A program made the translations under genes and the position numbers. The notes under the pieces are model-generated. The model saw only the letters and a program-made list of their open reading frames with translations. It did not search any database and was not told the DNA's origin. Shown here piece after piece: positions 58,056 through 64,000 of a stretch of DNA of 64,000 nt (positions are counted from its first letter, which is position 1; each line of letters begins with the position of its first letter). The DNA is taken from positions 124,001 through 188,000 of the forward strand of contig JAWLHB010000003.1 in assembly GCA_041690595.1 (NCBI GenBank). Direction: 5' to 3'. This DNA is from Lentisphaeria bacterium. Lineage in GTDB: Bacteria; Verrucomicrobiota; Lentisphaeria; JABSQK01; JAWLHB01.

Positions 58056-60533
58056 ATGACACCGCGTGACCTGACCCTGTGGATTTCAGTCCTGGCAATT
58101 GCCATCCTTGGTGGAATGGTCTACACGACCAATCCCCGCCGCACGGTCAATCAACACTACGTCACCACCACCGCCTTCATCCTTGGATGGATGCTCTGCC
58201 TGGCGTACGGCTTTCAGGCAGAGACAGGAAAACAGGGAGCTTTCTGGATCCGTCAGGCAAGCGCCGTCGGCTCCTGTATCGCCCTGGCGTTCAACATGCT
58301 GCGACTCTCCCTTATCCATCCTCAGGACGGTTACTGGAGAATCATCGGGAGAATGCGCTGGTGGTGCATCGGCCATATAGCCATCATCTATCTGTGCCAG
58401 ACGACCTTCTTCATGCGCGGCGCGACCCTGCCGTCAACGCCGAATGCGGTGGCCGAGCCAATCTATGGACCCGGTTTCACCATCTATGCACTCTACATGC
58501 TGGGCAGCCATGCGATTATCTGGTCGCTCTACCTGCGCGACATGAAACGCAGCCGGGGCATGCGACGAGCCGAGCTGCAGTACATCCTGCTGGCCTGTTT
58601 CAGCTTTCTGCTGATCGGCGGACTGGCTGCCATCTTCATCCCGTGGATCACCGGCACCTCGCAGTCCGTCCAGTTCAGCTTCCTCAATGCGATCCTCCTG
58701 GAGGGGGTGATTGCCTACGGCATCGCCACGCGGCGCATTCTCAGCATGGCCGTCCTCTTCCGCATGATTACGGCGTACACCCTTCTGCTGATCTATTTGA
58801 CGGTCCTCTACCTGGGTATCTTTGCCGTCAGCGCGTTACTGACGGAGAACATTCTCATCGCCCACCTGCTGGCGGCCCTTGTTACCGCCTTTTCCATGGC
58901 TCCCGCCCATACGCTGCTGCAACGTGTTGCCCGGCGCCTCTTCATCCACCATCAGGCCATCGATACTCAGTACACCGTTCAGGAAGCAACGGAAGTACTC
59001 CAGTCCATCACCACGATCCCGCGCCTGCTCATGAGCTTCACGGACATTATCCGCAAAGCGGTAGGCACCAATCGTGCTTTCGTTCTGCTGCGGGATCGCA
59101 TGGAGTTCTTTCCCGTCAATGCCGGCGCTCATGAGCCTGTCCTCTCCTCCGCTGATGCTCTGGTTGAGGCCGTGCAGGTGGAGAACATGCTGATTCGGGA
59201 CCAGTTGGAGCGCTCCACTGTGCTGAGTTCGGCGCAAACCCAACAGGTCATCGAGCGTCTCGATGAGTTGGAACTGGAGTTGGTGTTCGGCATTCGAATC
59301 CGCAACGAACTGGCGGGCATCCTGTGCCTTGGGCCGCGCGTGTCCGGGCGCTTCTACAGTCGTACGGAACAGGAGGCACTGGGCCTGCTCTGCACACAGT
59401 TGGCCGTCTCGATGGAAAACGCCCAACTCTACACCCTGGCCCAGAACAGCCGCATCTACAACGAGATCCTCCTGGATCGCCTGCTGAGCGGAGTCATCGC
59501 GGTAGATCCCGATGGGAACATCACCGTCTTCAATCGGGAAGCAGAACAGGTGCTGAGCCAATCCAGCCAGGAGGCGCTGCACAACCCCTACCTGCTTCTG
59601 CCGGAAGCCCTGTCGCGCCAGATCGAGCAGACGATGAAAACGGGAGAAGTAACTCGTGACGTGGAACTGTGGCTGCCGCGCAATGGTCACGTGCAGGGGG
59701 TGCCCATTCGGCTGAGTTGTACGCCTGTTGCCAGCCACGACGGCACGATGCGCGGTGCGCTCCTGGTCTTTCACGACCTGACGGCAATCAAGCGACTCGA
59801 GTTTCAGGTTCAGCACAACGATCGGCTGGCAAGCATTGGCCGGCTCAGTGCCGGCATGGCCCACGAGATCAAGAATCCACTCGTCACCCTCAAAACCTTC
59901 ACCCAGCTTCTTCCGGATTGCTATCAAGATGAAGATTTCCGAAATACCTTCACGAAGCTTGTAGGAAGTGAAGTGGAACGCATCGACTCCACTGTGCGCC
60001 AACTGCTCCAGTTCGCCCGCCCACCCGCGCCGACCCTCAGACAGCTTCACCTGCACACAATCCTTGCTGATGCCGTTCACATGATCAGATTTCAGGCGGA
60101 AAATGAATCCATCTCGATTGAAGCCAAGCTCGAAGCCGAGTATGACCTTATCCGAGCGGACAACGATCAGTGCAAGCAGGCGATCCTCAATCTCCTCCTC
60201 AATGCCATTGAAGCCATGAAAGCCAGGGGCAGCATCACCGTGCTGACCGACACCTGCGGCAGCAATGACCTTCCTCTCCCCGCGGCCAAGCCGGACCAGC
60301 CTCGCTGGATCCGCCTCATGGTAACGGATTCCGGCTGCGGTATCGCGCCGGATGTGATCAACACCATCTTCGATCCCTTCTATACCACAAAGGCGAGCGG
60401 CACCGGCCTCGGACTCAGCGTCGTCCATGGCATCATCAAGGAACATGACGGACAACTCGATGTAAGCAGCACGCCCGGCGTTGGCACCACCTTTTATGTC
60501 TATCTACCGTTGCTTGAAGAGGAAACACCATGA
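58056..60533 (+). CDS. Membrane histidine kinase: about 9 TM (HisKA_7TM-like), GAF, PAS, HisKA, HATPase
   Basis: N-terminal hydrophobic helices; LGPRVSGRFYS...ENAQLY (GAF); GVIAVD..FNREAE (PAS); AHEIKNPL, NAIEA, DSGCGI, GTGLGL. Confidence 0.92.
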   Translation: MTPRDLTLWISVLAIAILGGMVYTTNPRRTVNQHYVTTTAFILGWMLCLAYGFQAETGKQGAFWIRQASAVGSCIALAFNMLRLSLIHPQDGYWRIIGRMRWWCIGHIAIIYLCQTTFFMRGATLPSTPNAVAEPIYGPGFTIYALYMLGSHAIIWSLYLRDMKRSRGMRRAELQYILLACFSFLLIGGLAAIFIPWITGTSQSVQFSFLNAILLEGVIAYGIATRRILSMAVLFRMITAYTLLLIYLTVLYLGIFAVSALLTENILIAHLLAALVTAFSMAPAHTLLQRVARRLFIHHQAIDTQYTVQEATEVLQSITTIPRLLMSFTDIIRKAVGTNRAFVLLRDRMEFFPVNAGAHEPVLSSADALVEAVQVENMLIRDQLERSTVLSSAQTQQVIERLDELELELVFGIRIRNELAGILCLGPRVSGRFYSRTEQEALGLLCTQLAVSMENAQLYTLAQNSRIYNEILLDRLLSGVIAVDPDGNITVFNREAEQVLSQSSQEALHNPYLLLPEALSRQIEQTMKTGEVTRDVELWLPRNGHVQGVPIRLSCTPVASHDGTMRGALLVFHDLTAIKRLEFQVQHNDRLASIGRLSAGMAHEIKNPLVTLKTFTQLLPDCYQDEDFRNTFTKLVGSEVERIDSTVRQLLQFARPPAPTLRQLHLHTILADAVHMIRFQAENESISIEAKLEAEYDLIRADNDQCKQAILNLLLNAIEAMKARGSITVLTDTCGSNDLPLPAAKPDQPRWIRLMVTDSGCGIAPDVINTIFDPFYTTKASGTGLGLSVVHGIIKEHDGQLDVSSTPGVGTTFYVYLPLLEEETP

Positions 60534-62536
60534 CGGATAGGGTCACCTGCATCATCTTTACCCGCGACACCATGCTGCTGGAGCGTGTCATGGGTCAGTG
60601 GACGGACCTGGCCAACCTGCGCCACGCCGATACCATCAATCAGCTCCATGTTCTCATCGGCCAGATGGGTGCCTGCCTTCTGGCCATCGACCTGCGTCAT
60701 CCACGCGCTACTGACATGCTGACCGACATCGCCCGCCACGCACCCGAGTGCGTCGTCATCGCCCTCGGCGTGATCGGTTCACAGCCCTTGATTGCCGCGG
60801 AGCAGTCCTCCGCCTTTGAAGTGGCCGACATCGAAGCGGACCATCATCAGTTGCTGAGTATGCTGAGGCGCGCATTGACCCATCTGCGCGTCAAACAGGA
60901 ACTGCGCCTGGTTCGCGAGGAATCGCGCCTGGACGAGCATCGCAACCAGCCATCGCTCGGGCTGCCCCTCAACGAGTCACCGTCACTTCTGCTGCCCCTG
61001 CGCGACCTGTCGCGCGCCTTCCGTCACTTCCAGCAGTTGGACGTTCTGTATGAGTACATCGTGGAAGGACTGGCCGGCGCCATGAAACTGGCCCGCGTGG
61101 GTCTCTTTGCCAAAGACGCGCAGAGCGGCGAATACATCCTGCGTACCGGCGTCCGGACCTTGCCCGAGACCAATGAGCTGCGCTACGCTGAGGACGATGC
61201 GCTCATCAGCTGGATGAAGATGTACGGCCATCTGATCAGTCGCGCCGCTCTGCACCACGAGGATCAGGCGAACGACCGCTACCTCCTCAAGCAGGCGCTT
61301 TCCGTCATGGGCGCCGAGGTCATCATGCCGTTGCACGCGCGCGGACAGCTCTTTGGATGGGTCTTTCTGGGCCGGCGAGCTGCTGGATATCCCTTTGAGA
61401 CCGGAGACCTCGACGACCTCAGCCTGGTGGCCGATCATATTTCGGTCATCATCGAAAATGCCCTTCTGCATCGCGAGACGAACATGCAGAAGATCCTCGC
61501 CGAAACCATGCTCGACGCCATTCCCACGGGCATCATCGCCGTTGACGAGAACGGCCGCACGCTCTGGTTCAACGACGCCACGACCGCCATTCTCGAGTTG
61601 GAGGACTCCACCGCTCCGCTACATCGGCCGATAGACGAGATCGACCGGCATCTGGGGCATTTGCTGCGCGAGACCCTGCGGGCCGATGGCGACCTCCAGG
61701 AGCAGGAGTGGCGCGAGCCCGCTACCCAGCGATTGCTCTCCATCCAGACGCGCCGCCTTGGCAGTCGCCAGCAATGCCTTGGCGCTGTCGCCTTTGTTCG
61801 CGATTTGACCGAGGAACGCCTGCTGCAGGAACGCCAGGCGGAACTGGAGCGCGCCAAGTTCTGGGCGGAGCTTGCCGCCAGCATGGCGCATGAGATCCGC
61901 AATCCGCTGGTCAGCATAAAAGCCTTTGCGCAGCTCCTGCCAGAACATTATGAAGATCCGGAATTTCGCGAGCGCTTTACCGAGCTGGTCCCGAAGGAAG
62001 TGGACCGCCTGGACAACATCGTCAATCAGATCCACACCTTTGCCAATCCCCCGGAATTGAGCTTTACCAAGATCGCTCCACGCGAGCTGGTTGAACGAGC
62101 CAGCCGCGAGCTGAGCAGCATGTGCAAGTCCATGAATGCCGAAATTACCATCGAGCCCAAACTGGGGGAGCTGCCCCCCATCTACGGAGATCCCGCCCTG
62201 CTTCAGGATGCCATCGGCCACTTGCTGCGCAACGCCCTCGAAGCCTCGCAACACAGCAAACCGCCCAGGATCACCATCACGCTCTCCACCAAAGCCGAAG
62301 CCGTCGGCAACGCCAGCTTCCTGATCACCATTGACGACAATGGTCAAGGCATACCCGCCGATCGCTTGCAACGCGTCTTCTCACCCTTCAACACGACGAA
62401 GACGCAAGGCATGGGACTCGGTCTCCCCATTGCCAGACGCACCGTTCTCGATCATGGCGGCTGGATCGTCATCGAGCCCCTCCCCGAGGGTACCCGCGTC
62501 CTGATCTCCCTGCCACGCTCCCCAAAGCACTCCTGA
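60530..62536 (+). CDS. Cytoplasmic histidine kinase: degenerate REC-like domain, GAF, PAS, HisKA, HATPase
   Basis: LAIDLRHP REC-like without DD pair; LGRRAAGYPF...IENALLH; AHEIRNPL, DNGQGI, GMGLGL; ATGA overlap. Confidence 0.9.
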   Translation: MTDRVTCIIFTRDTMLLERVMGQWTDLANLRHADTINQLHVLIGQMGACLLAIDLRHPRATDMLTDIARHAPECVVIALGVIGSQPLIAAEQSSAFEVADIEADHHQLLSMLRRALTHLRVKQELRLVREESRLDEHRNQPSLGLPLNESPSLLLPLRDLSRAFRHFQQLDVLYEYIVEGLAGAMKLARVGLFAKDAQSGEYILRTGVRTLPETNELRYAEDDALISWMKMYGHLISRAALHHEDQANDRYLLKQALSVMGAEVIMPLHARGQLFGWVFLGRRAAGYPFETGDLDDLSLVADHISVIIENALLHRETNMQKILAETMLDAIPTGIIAVDENGRTLWFNDATTAILELEDSTAPLHRPIDEIDRHLGHLLRETLRADGDLQEQEWREPATQRLLSIQTRRLGSRQQCLGAVAFVRDLTEERLLQERQAELERAKFWAELAASMAHEIRNPLVSIKAFAQLLPEHYEDPEFRERFTELVPKEVDRLDNIVNQIHTFANPPELSFTKIAPRELVERASRELSSMCKSMNAEITIEPKLGELPPIYGDPALLQDAIGHLLRNALEASQHSKPPRITITLSTKAEAVGNASFLITIDDNGQGIPADRLQRVFSPFNTTKTQGMGLGLPIARRTVLDHGGWIVIEPLPEGTRVLISLPRSPKHS

Positions 62537-62599
62537 ACGACGCGCTTCGCCCTGACTCACCCTTAGCGTCCCAGTCGGCGGAGAGCTTCGCCGCAACCA

Positions 62600-62812
62600 G
62601 AAGTTGCTGGCGACCACTCCCTGCCGTTGGTGCGCTGCGGATTCGATCTGCATCAGCAGAATGTTGCAACTCCAGCCGCTTTCGATGGCTGCCTGCATGT
62701 ACTACTGGCGCGTGGTCAGATCTTTGACTCTGGCCATAAACACACCATGATGACCCCAAGGGATAGACAGCACCAAGTCGCCTGGAAAAAGTGCAACAAG
62801 CTGTTGCACTTT
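62600..62812 (-). pseudogene. Internal fragment of YhcG/DUF1016 family gene with nonsense mutation
   Basis: VQQLVA...IPWGHH...VKDLTTRQ*YMQAAIESGWSCNILLMQIESAAHQRQG..SNF; TAG at 62702-62704 where Trp is usual. Confidence 0.8.
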
Positions 62813-62860
62813 TGGCCCGTTCTCAATTTCCTGTATCGTCTCCATAGAGTTCTCGGGGTG

Positions 62861-62890
62861 GCGCCACTCGCGCTGGATAGGATCAGACAT
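62861..62890 (-). pseudogene. N-terminal stub of HEPN (DUF86) toxin gene
   Basis: MSDPIQREWR overlapping the MNT stop, the usual MNT-HEPN arrangement; only 10 codons remain. Confidence 0.5.
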
Positions 62891-63082
62891 TGACCAATGC
62901 CGGATCGACATGGGGACGCAGCTTGGGCCGCAGTGCGTTTTTGGCGACCAGGCCGACCGGGCAGCCGAGCAACTCCTCCAAGCAAAACTGGCGCCAAACA
63001 GGGCCTTCCGGATCACGCCGAAACGGTCTCGTAACTCCGGCTTGGCGCGGGTCAGCAGCTTGAGAGCACGCTCTCAGTTCAC
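62883..63082 (-). pseudogene. Decayed minimal nucleotidyltransferase (MNT antitoxin) gene
   Basis: CAGGAGG RBS, GTG-AAC-TGA then ERALKLLTRAKPELRDRFGVIRKALFG; frameshift/deletion; QFCLEELLGCPVGLVAKNALRPKLRPHVDPALVNV. Confidence 0.75.
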
Positions 63083-63143
63083 ACTTAGCCTCCTGCAGTT
63101 GATTTCGCACCTGAAACCGCTGGACGAGGTTGCCTAAAGAAGA

Positions 63144-63502
63144 TGGTGGAGGCGGGGGGAGTCGAACCCCCGTCCTAAGCAAGCATGACGATAACTTCTA
63201 CACGTTTAGTCTGCCTTTAATTGCTTATCGTCTCTCCACCTGTCAGCAGACGGGGCCAGCTTTGAGACTAGGTTTCTGTTGTTTTGCCTGTCACCCCGAA
63301 ACCGTGAGTGTCAGACTATCCCGATGAAAAACGCCTCTATCCCATATCGGGCGTCAAAGTAGAGGCGTCGCTGCAACGTTAGGCAGCGAGTGCGAGTTCA
63401 GTGTTCGCAGTTACTTGTTCGGCCGACTGATTAACGAGGCCAACGACCATCCTCGACGTGCCACTATCGCATCACTCACCCAGTCGAAGCCATTTCGCCC
63501 CC
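63144..63502 (-). ncRNA. ssrA: tmRNA (359 nt), tag (A)ANTELALAA
   Basis: 5' GGGGGCGAAATGGCTTCGAC; 3' GGGGGTTCGACTCCCCCCGCCTCCACCA with G3-U acceptor pair; tag frame 63408..63379 after TAACT. Confidence 0.97.
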
Positions 63503-63536
63503 ACATGAGATAAGCAAAGCTGAAAGTCTGTGCTAT

Positions 63537-63566
63537 AGTATACACCTGCCGCGGGCATAAGTTCAA
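63537..63566 (-). promoter_or_regulatory. Probable ssrA promoter TTGAAC-N18-TATACT
   Basis: About 35 bp upstream of the mature tmRNA 5' end. Confidence 0.5.
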
Positions 63567-63675
63567 TCCGTGGCGTGGATAATTGGCACTTTCCGGATGA
63601 AGGAGAGGGGCTCAAGGGAGCGGGAGGGGACTTGGGAGGTCACAATCGGGTGCTTCAGGCATAGGGTTAGAGGCT

Positions 63676-64000
63676 ATGACAGAGAAGAATTTCCAGGTAA
63701 TGTTCAGTATCAAGTGGAAGATGTTGATCTTGATGCTGATCGTCTATTTCCTTCCGCTGACCCTCTTCTGGCTGGAAGCGCCGGGCTGGCTGATCGCGCT
63801 TGCGGGGATCATGTTGAGCCTGGTGGTGACTTGGTGGTGGCACTCGCGGGTGGTGGCGACGCGACAGCGGCTGGAACGACTGGAGTCGAAGCTGCCACAG
63901 TCCGCGGCCAAGCCCCTGCGCAGTTCGGCCTTTGCCGATGAGTTGACGGCACTGGTACATACCTACGATCGCTTCCTGACCAATCTCGAAGAAACCTTCA
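63676..64000 (+). CDS. Membrane sensor N-terminus (2 TM + HAMP-like; possibly a chemoreceptor or kinase), 3'-truncated
   Basis: Not in the ORF track because it runs off the window; my translation MTEKNFQVMFSIKWKMLILMLIVYFLPL...DELTALVHTYDRFLTNLEETF. Confidence 0.65.
   Translation, partial: MTEKNFQVMFSIKWKMLILMLIVYFLPLTLFWLEAPGWLIALAGIMLSLVVTWWWHSRVVATRQRLERLESKLPQSAAKPLRSSAFADELTALVHTYDRFLTNLEETF

Noticed and set aside
51900..63143. Intact genomic island integrated at ssrA
   Set aside because: No integrase and no duplicated ssrA 3' end seen in the window; only decayed remnants are supported.
63144..63200. Stand-alone tRNA gene
   Set aside because: The T-arm and CCA end pair with a 5' end about 360 nt away, and a tag reading frame lies between: this is tmRNA.
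63570..63960. ORF-track calls 63570..63941 (+) and 63667..63960 (-)
   Set aside because: A different + frame from ATG 63676, with two TM helices and a HAMP-like motif, is the more plausible gene.

Overview
GC-rich bacterial chromosomal segment, most likely from a PVC-superphylum organism such as Lentisphaeria (inferred from an H-X9-DG prepilin-like gene, DUF4838/LamG glycan proteins, a sulfatase and Deg2-type proteases). From left to right it contains: the 3' part of a type-2 ileS; low-complexity hypothetical proteins; a solute-binding protein/histidine kinase/cereblon-like trio; a nagB-GNAT-hslO-RNA methyltransferase operon; an amino-sugar/glycan region (sulfatase, Gfo/Idh/MocA, DegT, GntR-LacI regulator, prepilin-like protein, GH-like protein, PIG-L deacetylase); an ECF sigma/anti-sigma operon; a 17-kb, 16-gene minus-strand run; two large glycan proteins; an 11-kb candidate lipid-signalling locus; decayed MNT/HEPN/YhcG remnants; and tmRNA. 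The two most notable items are: (1) the candidate lipid-signalling locus, with a stand-alone FabF-like ketosynthase carrying a Cys-His-Asn site, a FadL channel, a VAO/PCMH flavoprotein, three histidine kinases and a single-domain receiver; (2) the 16-gene run, in which ctaB and an ActF-less alternative complex III (actABCDE) are joined by a stop/start overlap to nqrM-nqrABCDEF, followed by an active plus catalytically dead Deg protease pair. All calls come from reading motifs by eye; no database searches were run.
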